A stretch of 64,000 nucleotides of DNA from Candidatus Eiseniibacteriota bacterium (GTDB lineage: Bacteria > Eisenbacteria > RBG-16-71-46), in the NCBI GenBank assembly GCA_044223005.1, contig JBGAML010000006.1, positions 1-64,000 on the forward strand, in the 5' to 3' direction. Position 1 is the first letter of the stretch; each line of letters begins with the position of its first letter. The notes beneath the pieces were generated by a model that worked only from the letters and a program-made list of their open reading frames with translations, made no database searches and was not told the DNA's origin. Of the stretch, positions 47,801 to 55,774 are shown one piece after another. Position numbers and translations under genes: made by a program.

Positions 47801-50800
47801 GTCTCGCACGTGATCGTCGCCCGACACCTCGCGGAAGTCCGCTCGGTAGAGCTCGCCCGCGTGCAGGTCCACGAAGCGCGAGTGCGCCGCGCCGGCCGTG
47901 CGCGTGCCCTCGTCGGCCAGGACGGCGCCGGCGGGCAGCGTGGTCTCGTCGACGCGGATCACGTGCAGCCGCGGCGCGACGTGGTTGAACGAGTACTTGC
48001 CTTCGACGTCGGTGATCGCCGCGGTGCCGTCCTCGAGCAGCACGCGCACGCCGGGGATGCCGGTGTTCTCGGCGCCCTGCGTGCCGTCCGCGGGGCAGTT
48101 GCAGTCCACGTAGAGCTTGCCCGCGATGATGCCGTCGTCCGAGAACGGCCCGCTCTTCACCTGTACCTTCGCGGCGGCGACGGCCGACGCGTAGAGCAGG
48201 CCGCCGGGTGCGGGCGCCTGCGCGATGGCGGTGTTGACGCCCGTGCCGAGCCCGGCGCCTGCGCCGACCACGACACGGTAGCGGAGCGTGACGGGACGGT
48301 TCGCGGGCACGTCGCCGACCGTGAAGTCGAGCTGCGGTCCGGGCGATCCGGTCGGGTCGGCGACCTTCTGGCCGTCGACGCGCACCGTGCCCGACACGTA
48401 GCGGAAGCCGGCCGGCAGGTGGTCGAGCACGTGCGTGTCGCTCGCGGTGATCGCGCCCACGTTGCTCACGACGAGCGTGTAGTCCACGAGGCCGCCGAGT
48501 TCGGCGGTCGTGGGCGACGCGGTCTTGGTGAGGCCGAGCGCTACCGCGACGCCGCCTGCGACACTGGCGGTGTCCGCGTCGGCGTTGTTCGAGAGGTTGA
48601 CGTCGCCGGGAGTGCCGGCCGTGACGGTGTTCACGATCCGGTCGGGCGCGGGGTCGTTGAGCTGCGCCACGATGTCGAACGTGGCGCTGTCACCGGGGGC
48701 GATGACCCCCGCGTAACTGGCGATGAGCCGGCCCGAGTTGCCGTACGGCTGCACGATCTCGATGGAGTTGAACACCCAGCCGGCACCACTGGCCACATAA
48801 GAGCGGACGCCCGCGGGAATGTCGTCGGTGACGACCGTCGTGCCGCCCGTGGGGGCAGCACTCACGTTCCGGACCACGATGTGCCACGACGCGGGCTGCC
48901 CGGCCGTGAACGCCACCGTGTGCCGCTTGTCCACCGCGATGTCGGGCGCGCCGGTGACGCCGGTCGGGTCGCTGTCGCGGTCGTTGGTGGGATTGCCGTC
49001 GTCGAGCGCCGAGACGCTCGCGGAGTTGGTGACCGATGGTGCCGCGGCCGCGCCGACGAGCACGTTGATCGTGAAGAGGAGCGAGTCGCCCGCGGCGAGC
49101 GGCCCGGGATTCGTCGCGGTGACGACGGCACCGCTGGTGCCGAACGTCCAGCCGCTGCCGGCCGCCGAGGCGTACGTCAGCCCCACGGGCAGCGTGTCGC
49201 GCACGGTGATCGTGCCGTTCTCGGGGAGCGTGCCCACGTTGCGGACGACGAACGTGTACGACTGCGTCGTGCCCACGGAGAACGTCCCGCTGTGGCGCTT
49301 GTCGAGCGTGAGATCGGGGTAGCCGCTCACGGGGCTCGTGCTCGCGCCGCGATCGTTGGCGGGATTCGTGTCGCCGCCGCCGCTCACGCTGGCGTGGTTG
49401 GTGACGCTGGGCGCGGCGGCCGCGCCCACCGCGACCGTGAGCGTGAAGAATGCGGAGTCGGCGACCGCGATCGGCGCGAGGAACGTGCCCGCCACGACGG
49501 CGCCGCTCGCGTTCACGACCCAGCCGGCGCCGGCCCCGCTGACGAACGCGAGCCCCGCGGGCAACGTGTCGCGTACGGTGACGATTCCGGTCGTCGCGAT
49601 CGTCCCGACGTTGCGGAGCGAGAGCCGATAGGTGGCGTTGGCACCCACGGCGAACGCGCTGGCGTTGCTCTTGACCAGCGCGACGTCGGGGACGCCGGCG
49701 ACCGTCGCGGGATCGCTGTCCACGTCGTTGCCCGGCACCGGATCGGTGCCGTTGGAACTCACGCGAGCGCGGTTGGTGACGCTCGGGAACGCCGCGGCGT
49801 CCACGGCCACGGCGAGCGTGAAGCTCGCCGAGTCGCCGGCGGCGATCGGCGCGGCGTGCGTCGCGACGACGATGCTGCCGCCGACGCTGAACAGCCAGCC
49901 CGTGCCGGCGCTGCTCACGTAGCTGAGACCGGCCGGCAGCGTGTCGCGCACCGTGACCTGGCTGCCGCTCGCCGCGGAACCGACGTTGGTCACCACGAAC
50001 GTGTATCCGGCGTTGCCGCCGACCGTGAACGTGCTCGCATGACGCTTGTCGAGCGCGAGGTCGGCCAGGCCCGCAACCGTGGTGGGATCGCTGTCGCGGT
50101 TGTTGCTCGTGCTGGTGTCGCCGCCACCGCTCACGGTGGCGCTGTTCGTGACGCTGGGGACGGCGGCCGCCGCGACGGAGACGGTCAGCGTGAAGCTCGC
50201 GGAGTCACCGGCGGAGATCGGGCCGGGGTTGGTCGCGGTGACGACCTGGCCCGCGGCGCCGACGGTCCATCCGGCGCCCGTGCCGCTCACGAACGCGAGC
50301 CCGGTGGGCAGCGTGTCGCGCACGGTGATCGTGCCCGCGCTCGCCGCGGAACCGACGTTCGTCACCACCAGGGCGTAGGTGCCGTTGCCGCCCAGCACGA
50401 AGCCCGTCGTGTGGCGCTTGTCGACGGTGAGATCGGGAGCGCCGGCGATCGTGGTGGGATCGCTGTCGCGGTTGTTGCTCGTGCTGGTGTCACCGCCACC
50501 GCTCACGGTGGCGCTGTTCGTGACGCTCGGCACGGCGGCCGCCGCGACGGAGACGGTCAGCGTGAAGCTCGCGGAGTCCCCGGCGGCGATCGGGCCGGGG
50601 CTCGTCGCGGTGACAATCTGGCCCGCGGCGCCGACGGTCCAGCCGGTACCGGTGCCGCTCACGAACGCGAGCCCCGCGGGCAGCGTGTCGCGGACGGTGA
50701 TCGTGCCGCTGGTAGCCGCCGAGCCGACGTTGCGCACTACGAGCGTGTAGGTGCCGTTCGCGCCGACGCTGAAGTTCGCGGTATGGCGCTTGTCGATCGT

Positions 50801-53800
50801 GAGGTCGGGCACTCCGGAGATCGTGGTGGGATCGCTGTCGCGGTTGTTGCCCGTGCTGGTGTCGCCGCCACCGCTCACGGCGGCGCTGTTGGTGACGCTG
50901 GGCACGGCGGGCGCGGAGACGGCCACGGTCAGCGTGAAGCTCGCCGAGTCACCCGCAGCGATGGGGCCGGGGTTGGTCGCGGTCACGACCTGGCCCGCGG
51001 CGCCGATCGTCCAGCCGCTACCGGTGCCGCTCACGAACGCGAGCCCGGCGGGCAGCGTGTCGCGCACGGTGATCGTGCCCGCGCTCGCCGCCGACCCGAC
51101 ATTGGTCACGACGAACGTGTACGTGCCGTTGGAGCCCACGGCGAAGTTCGCGTTGTGGCGCTTGTCGAGCGTGAGGTCCGTCACGCCCGCAACCGTCGTC
51201 GGATCGCTGTCGCGGTTGTTGCTCGCGCTGGTGTCGCCGCCACCGCTCACGGTGGCGCTGTTGATGACGCTCGGCACGGCGGCCGCCGCGACGGAGACGG
51301 TCAGCGTGAAGCTCGCCGAGTCACCCGCAGAGATGGGGCCGGGGTTGGTCGCGGTGACGACCTGGCCCGCGGCGCCGACGGTCCAGCCGGTACCGGTGCC
51401 GCTCACGAACGCGAGCCCGGTGGGAAGCGTATCGCGGACCGTGATCGTGCCGGTGCTCGCGGCGGAGCCGACGTTCGTGACGACGAACGTGTACGTGCCG
51501 TTGGAGCCCACGGCGAAGTTCGCGGTGTGGCGCTTGTCGAGCGTGAGGTCCGTCACGCCCGCAACCGTCGTCGGATCGCTGTCGCGGTTGTTGCTCGCGC
51601 TGGTGTCGCCGCCACCGCTCACGGTGGCGCTGTTGGTGACGCTGGGCACGGCAGGGGCGCTCGCCGAGACCGTGAGCGTGAAGCTCGACGAGTCCCCGGG
51701 GGCGATGACGTTTCCGAGCGTCGCGGTGACGATCTGGCCGTTCTGCACCACGGTCCACGCGCCGGCCGCACCGACGAAGGTGAGTCCCGCGGGCAGCGTA
51801 TCGCGTACGGTGATTCCGCCCGCGCTCGCCGCCGAGCCGACGTTGGTCACGACGAGCGTGTACGTGCCGTTCGCGCCGACGGCGAAGTTGGCGGTGTGGC
51901 GCTTGTCGATCGTGAGATCGGTCGCTCCGGCGACCGTGGTGGGATCGCTGTCGCGGTTGTTGCCCGTGCTCACGTCTCCGCCACCGCTCACGGCGGCGCT
52001 GTTGGTGACGCTGGGCACGGCAGGAGCGGAGACCCCCATGGTGAGCGTGAAGCTCGACGAGTCGCCCGCCGCGATCGGGCCGGGGTTCGTCGCGGTGACG
52101 ACCTGGCCCACGGCGCCGACGGTCCAGCCGGTACCGGTGCCGCTCACGAACGCGAGCCCCGCGGGCAGCGTGTCGCGGACGGTGATCGTGCCCGCACTGG
52201 CACCGGACCCGACGTTCGTCACGACGAGCGTATACGTCCCGTTCGCGCCGACGGCGAAGTTCGCGGTGTGGCGCTTATCGATTGTGAGATCGGGCGCTCC
52301 GGCGACCGTCGTGGGATCGCTGTCGCGGTTGTTGGCGCCGTTCACGTCGCCGCCACCGCTGACGGTGGCGCTGTTGGTGACGCTGGGCACGGCAGGAGCG
52401 CTCGCCGAGACCGTGAGCGTGAAGCTGGACGAGTCCCCGGCGGCGATGACGTTTCCGAGCGTCGCGGTGACGATCTGGCCGTTCTGCACCACGGTCCACG
52501 CGCCGGCCGCACCGACGAAGGTGAGTCCCGCGGGCAGCGTGTCGCGTACGGTGATTCCGCCCGCGCTCGCCGCCGAGCCGACGTTGGTCACGACGAGCGT
52601 GTAGGTGCCGTTGGCGCCGACGGCGAAGTTCGCGGTGTGGCGCTTGTCGATCGTGAGGTCGGGCACTCCGGCGATCGTGGTGGGATCGCTGTCGCGGTTG
52701 TTGCCCGTGCTGGTGTCACCGCCACCACTGACCGTGGCGCTGTTGGTAACGCTGGGCACGGCAGGCGCCGCGACGGAGACGGTGAGCGCGAAGCTCGCCG
52801 AGTCGCCCGCCGCGATCGGGCCGGGGTTCGTCGCGGTGACGATCTGGCCCGCGGTGCCGACGGTCCAGCCGGTACCGGTGCCGCTCACGAACGCGAGCCC
52901 CGCGGGCAGCGTGTCGCGGACGGTGATCGTGCCGGTGCTCGCCGCAGAGCCGACGTTGCGCACGACGAGCGTGTAGGTGCCGTTCGCGCCGACGGTGAAG
53001 TTCGCGGTGTGGCGCTTGTCGATCGTGAGATCCGGAACGCCGGTGACGGTCGTGGGATCGCTGTCGCGGTTGTTGCCCGTGCTGGTGTCGCCGCCACCGC
53101 TCACGGTGGCGCTGTTGGTAACGCTGGGCACGGCAGGCGCCGCGACGGAGACGGTGAGCGCGAAGCTCGCCGAGTCGCCCGCCGCGATCGGGCCGGGGTT
53201 CGTCGCGGTGACGACCTGGCCCGCGACGCCGACGGTCCAGCCGGTACCGGTGCCGCTCACGAACGCGAGCCCCACGGGCAGCGTGTCGCGCACGGTGATC
53301 GTGCCGCTGGTAGCCGCCGAGCCGACGTTGCGCACGACGAGCGTGTAGCTGCCGTTGGCTCCGACGGTGAAGTTCGCCGTGTGGCGCTTGTCGATCGTCA
53401 GGTCGGGCACCGTGACGGTCACGTCCTCGGCGTTCGACGACAGCGGGGCATAAGCGACACTGGTGGTGCCGTTCACCGTGGAACGTGCGGGATCGAGGTA
53501 CGTCGCGCGCGCCGGGTTCTGGTAAGTGCCGGGCGTCACGCTCGCGGCCACGTTGGCCACGAACGTGATCGAGACGGAGCCGCCGGCGGGAATGTCGAAA
53601 GCGCCCCACGCGGCGACGGCGTCGCCCGCGGTGGGATTGCTGGTCGCGGTGCGCGCGGCGCCGCCGCTGGTGTTCACGCTGCTGGTCGAGGCGTACGTGA
53701 AGCCGGCCGGGAGCGAGTCGGTCACGCTGACCTGCGTGGCCGCGCTGCCAGTGGTGTTGCTCACCGTGATCGTCCAGGTGGCCGTGGTCCCGGAGGCGGT

Positions 53801-55363
53801 GTTGACCACCGCGGGCGTGCTCGTCGTCTTGGAGACCACGAGCTGCGGCAGGCAGGTCGCACCGGGATCCTGTCCCGGCATCTGCGCGGCGCCGAGCGTG
53901 GTGACGCTCGTGCCGCCGGTGCCCGCGGTCGCGCCGTAGTTGTTGCCGGCGTTGACCGTGTAGCCGGCCGCTCCACCCACGACGTCGACCGTCGCCGCGC
54001 TCGAGAGCGCGACGAAGCCGCCACCGCCACCGCCGCCGGGGCCGTGCGCCGAGCCGCCGACGTCGGCGTTGGTGCCGGTCGCGCCGTGCGCGTGCACGGT
54101 GAGCCCGGCGAGCGAGCCCGTGGAGTAGACGACGACGCTTCCGCCGGCGCCGCCACCGCCGCCGCCGTCGTTCGCGGGCGCGGGGCTCGTGACGCCATTG
54201 GTGGTGATCGTGCCGGAGCCCGAGACGGTTCCGGCGCGCACGAACACGATCGCACCGCCGGCGCCGCCGCTGCTCAGCGTGCCGGACGAGTTGTTGCGCG
54301 CGCCCGCGCCGCCACCACCGCCCATCGCGACGCGGTCCACGGCGGGCGAGAAGACGCCGCCGTGGCCGCCGCGCGCGAGGTTCGAGTTCCAGGTGTTGCC
54401 GCCGCCGCCGCCGGTGCCGCCGTTGCCGCCACCGCCGCCGCCCGAGTTCTCGTCATTCGAACTGGGGTGGCCGTCCGTGCCGCCGCCGCCGGCGTTGCCG
54501 GGCGCGCCGCGCGCGGAACTGCCGTTCGGATAGCCGTCCACTCCGGTATCCACCGCGGTGCCCGCGACCGAATTGAGGACGTAGCGGGGCGTGCCCGCGA
54601 CACCTTCACCCTTGGACCCGTGGTAGAGGTTCGCGGCGAGCGTGCGGTAGTCGGTATTCGCGCCGCCGGAAGCGCCTGCCAGCCCGCGACCGAGGCCACC
54701 CCGGAAGCCGCGTCCACTCACGTCGACCGTCGCGCTCCCGAGCGCGAGCGAACCGGCGACGTCCACGGCGAGGACACCACCGATACTGCCGTCCCAGGCC
54801 GAGCAGGTCAGGCCCGAGCCGAGCGTCGCGACCGAGTACTGCGGCACGCGCACGATCTGGAAGCGCCGCTGGCCCTGCGACCCACTCGCCGCCGCGAGCG
54901 TGTACGTGTACAGCAGGCCATTGCCGACGCCCTCGCCGAGGATCGGCACCGCCCCCGCGGCGACCGGTCCGGTCGCGACCACGTACTCGTAGCGCCCGGC
55001 GTTGTTCAGGCTGCTCGAGCCGCTCGCCGGAGCGCCGGCGACGCCGTCGCCGTAGCTGTCGGTGTTGGTCGCGTTGATCGCGGCGTCCTGCATCTGGATC
55101 ACGAGCAGCAGGTCGCCCGCGGCGATCGGCGTGGCGGCGCCGGAGGGCGCGCCGACGGGAATCGAGAACGAGCCCGCGGCGGCGGTCGCCGTGCCGGGGT
55201 AGTAGGTGTTGATCACGCCGGTCAACGTTCCACCCGGGCCGTCCTTGCCGGGATTGGCGCAGAGCTGCGAGCGAGCGGGCAGCGCGCATGCGGACACGAG
55301 CACGGCCGTAAGAACGAAAGCGGCGGGCAGGGTACGGCTGATCGGTGAACGATCCGTGTTCAT
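44813..55363 (-). CDS. Giant surface adhesin (3,516 aa): Gly-rich N-domain, ~15 DUF11-like domains, SdrD-B-like domain, C-terminal beta-barrel
   Basis: ATG at 55363 after GAGG; signal peptide; DLTIDK...VRDTLP.GL.FVS...VTNSA repeats; GIPGVRVLLEDG...TDVEGKYSF; C-terminal GPYVQMGFKFDE. Confidence 0.9.
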   Translation of the reverse strand: MNTDRSPISRTLPAAFVLTAVLVSACALPARSQLCANPGKDGPGGTLTGVINTYYPGTATAAAGSFSIPVGAPSGAATPIAAGDLLLVIQMQDAAINATNTDSYGDGVAGAPASGSSSLNNAGRYEYVVATGPVAAGAVPILGEGVGNGLLYTYTLAAASGSQGQRRFQIVRVPQYSVATLGSGLTCSAWDGSIGGVLAVDVAGSLALGSATVDVSGRGFRGGLGRGLAGASGGANTDYRTLAANLYHGSKGEGVAGTPRYVLNSVAGTAVDTGVDGYPNGSSARGAPGNAGGGGTDGHPSSNDENSGGGGGGNGGTGGGGGNTWNSNLARGGHGGVFSPAVDRVAMGGGGGAGARNNSSGTLSSGGAGGAIVFVRAGTVSGSGTITTNGVTSPAPANDGGGGGGAGGSVVVYSTGSLAGLTVHAHGATGTNADVGGSAHGPGGGGGGGFVALSSAATVDVVGGAAGYTVNAGNNYGATAGTGGTSVTTLGAAQMPGQDPGATCLPQLVVSKTTSTPAVVNTASGTTATWTITVSNTTGSAATQVSVTDSLPAGFTYASTSSVNTSGGAARTATSNPTAGDAVAAWGAFDIPAGGSVSITFVANVAASVTPGTYQNPARATYLDPARSTVNGTTSVAYAPLSSNAEDVTVTVPDLTIDKRHTANFTVGANGSYTLVVRNVGSAATSGTITVRDTLPVGLAFVSGTGTGWTVGVAGQVVTATNPGPIAAGDSASFALTVSVAAPAVPSVTNSATVSGGGDTSTGNNRDSDPTTVTGVPDLTIDKRHTANFTVGANGTYTLVVRNVGSAASTGTITVRDTLPAGLAFVSGTGTGWTVGTAGQIVTATNPGPIAAGDSASFALTVSVAAPAVPSVTNSATVSGGGDTSTGNNRDSDPTTIAGVPDLTIDKRHTANFAVGANGTYTLVVTNVGSAASAGGITVRDTLPAGLTFVGAAGAWTVVQNGQIVTATLGNVIAAGDSSSFTLTVSASAPAVPSVTNSATVSGGGDVNGANNRDSDPTTVAGAPDLTIDKRHTANFAVGANGTYTLVVTNVGSGASAGTITVRDTLPAGLAFVSGTGTGWTVGAVGQVVTATNPGPIAAGDSSSFTLTMGVSAPAVPSVTNSAAVSGGGDVSTGNNRDSDPTTVAGATDLTIDKRHTANFAVGANGTYTLVVTNVGSAASAGGITVRDTLPAGLTFVGAAGAWTVVQNGQIVTATLGNVIAPGDSSSFTLTVSASAPAVPSVTNSATVSGGGDTSASNNRDSDPTTVAGVTDLTLDKRHTANFAVGSNGTYTFVVTNVGSAASTGTITVRDTLPTGLAFVSGTGTGWTVGAAGQVVTATNPGPISAGDSASFTLTVSVAAAAVPSVINSATVSGGGDTSASNNRDSDPTTVAGVTDLTLDKRHNANFAVGSNGTYTFVVTNVGSAASAGTITVRDTLPAGLAFVSGTGSGWTIGAAGQVVTATNPGPIAAGDSASFTLTVAVSAPAVPSVTNSAAVSGGGDTSTGNNRDSDPTTISGVPDLTIDKRHTANFSVGANGTYTLVVRNVGSAATSGTITVRDTLPAGLAFVSGTGTGWTVGAAGQIVTATSPGPIAAGDSASFTLTVSVAAAAVPSVTNSATVSGGGDTSTSNNRDSDPTTIAGAPDLTVDKRHTTGFVLGGNGTYALVVTNVGSAASAGTITVRDTLPTGLAFVSGTGAGWTVGAAGQVVTATNPGPISAGDSASFTLTVSVAAAAVPSVTNSATVSGGGDTSTSNNRDSDPTTVAGLADLALDKRHASTFTVGGNAGYTFVVTNVGSAASGSQVTVRDTLPAGLSYVSSAGTGWLFSVGGSIVVATHAAPIAAGDSASFTLAVAVDAAAFPSVTNRARVSSNGTDPVPGNDVDSDPATVAGVPDVALVKSNASAFAVGANATYRLSLRNVGTIATTGIVTVRDTLPAGLAFVSGAGAGWVVNASGAVVAGTFLAPIAVADSAFFTLTVAVGAAAAPSVTNHASVSGGGDTNPANDRGASTSPVSGYPDLTLDKRHSGTFSVGTTQSYTFVVRNVGTLPENGTITVRDTLPVGLTYASAAGSGWTFGTSGAVVTATNPGPLAAGDSLLFTINVLVGAAAAPSVTNSASVSALDDGNPTNDRDSDPTGVTGAPDIAVDKRHTVAFTAGQPASWHIVVRNVSAAPTGGTTVVTDDIPAGVRSYVASGAGWVFNSIEIVQPYGNSGRLIASYAGVIAPGDSATFDIVAQLNDPAPDRIVNTVTAGTPGDVNLSNNADADTASVAGGVAVALGLTKTASPTTAELGGLVDYTLVVSNVGAITASDTHVLDHLPAGFRYVSGTVRVDGQKVADPTGSPGPQLDFTVGDVPANRPVTLRYRVVVGAGAGLGTGVNTAIAQAPAPGGLLYASAVAAAKVQVKSGPFSDDGIIAGKLYVDCNCPADGTQGAENTGIPGVRVLLEDGTAAITDVEGKYSFNHVAPRLHVIRVDETTLPAGAVLADEGTRTAGAAHSRFVDLHAGELYRADFREVSGDDHVRDVVRHRRTQGEVTQAADPFAEFGLLHVTAATREGHLVPSYRWEAVGRGVFEDLGNSSTAVVLPRPFADDSSGKDYSTIPMYHLRTDSTGYVVPGDGKTLLRFLPRPAWEPGTRITIETTAGRFTSSDLDPIAPGVQTLVGRDFWFLPPARPGDAMVRTTSGDVSDSTIVHFIPASHPLLVSGLIDARIDWHSSKFGDTPGIATDGFTEALQDVGGWSDEGGSHSGGRGAVYVTGDVGHGATLTGRYDTESDRERRMFRDIRPFEGYDLVGDASVHEWNAPSDSRLYLRVDRQASFAQFGDFTTPMHTGQQLGAFQRSINGAVTHLGDGRVQADAFATQGRSHQVVDELPGLGVSGPYTLSRSDGTLGSEQVEIVTRDRNQPSRILSRRAMVRFADYTVEPFTGRLLFRQPVPGVDVDLNPVSVRVTYEAESVGDAYWTFGGGATVKPTAALTLGAAASRDEDPAKPANLASVDAAWTPVAGLRLAAEAARSDSGSTFLAGDRHGAAWRSELAIDRTDFRAKAFASRVDGTFDNASAGTGAGRAEWGANATLPLGTRTHAFLNALRTEDLVTHGRRTGFELGASRTLGDGVTAEFAYRNAEETSTPASPLTAGAAPNQASSVRGRVTAALPDKVHGSAFLELEEDLDQSTQKRWAVGADARVAARTRLYAQHENIASFAGPFALNTAQQQAHTVIGIASDELRDGQVFTEYRARDAFAGRDAQAAFGVRNRWAVAPGVRVDASFERLSVLEGPGAGGSPSTSVTSGVEWTGDPLWKGTARVEVRDAGDADQWLATLGASRKLDRDWSTLGRLTWLGTPFDEATARRYETQVGLAYRQTDANRVNGLARWQRQYEGNGDVGSSASRRTTNVVRADVNVKPAVRWTLSGQVAAKWLRDRSPGNDLRTTTQLLGGRALVDLTRRFDAGFAGRVLSGTGGQKRWGAGGEVGIGLARGLRGALGWNVFGFQDDGLGLDRSDRGPYVQMGFKFDEATLGLGRK
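50069..53410 (-). repeat. Nine near-identical 372/369-bp intragenic tandem repeats
   Basis: Unit starts at 53410, 53038, 52666, 52297, 51925, 51556, 51184, 50812, 50440. Confidence 0.95.
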
Positions 55364-55774
55364 CGCGGCGGCCTCGATCCGTGGGTGAGCGGCATCCGGC
55401 ATCGTGGTCGGGGGGGTGACTCACGTCGCCCGTGTCCGCGGGGGCGGGCACAAGGCACCAGATTGCCGTCATCTTCGGCATCCCCTCTCTCGGAGAACAG
55501 TGCTTTTCGCACGACGCGGAATTCCTGCGGTGCGCCGCCGCCGCGCGCGCACCGTCGCCGGCCGGCCGTCAGGCGGGGGGCGCGCGCGTCCCGGCGCGCC
55601 GCCCGGGCCCGGATGGCCGTCGGCCCGACTCCGGCGGCGCGCGATTTTTCTCCCGCAACCGCAACTGTTTGCTCGCGTCGTGCCGCCGATGCCGCTAAGG
55701 TGACGCCGCTTCAGCGACTGGCCGCTCGCACGCACTCGATTCGAGCCTCCGGACAGGAGGTGGAGGAACCGCCG

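Noticed and set aside
50069..53410. Regular repeats as a CRISPR array or DGR template
   Set aside because: In-frame 372/369-bp coding repeats with no spacers, cas genes or reverse transcriptase
47699..55348. 2,549-aa plus-strand ORF and other long antisense ORFs (44783-47638, 59927-62884, 55469-58141, 9000-11951)
   Set aside because: Stop-poor shadow frames of real GC-rich genes; no motifs and Arg/Gly/Ala-biased translations
55440..55515. c-di-GMP-I or glycine riboswitch
   Set aside because: Lacks the GCAAA/CTAA core and the CTCTCAGG element; kept only as a weak structured-leader candidate
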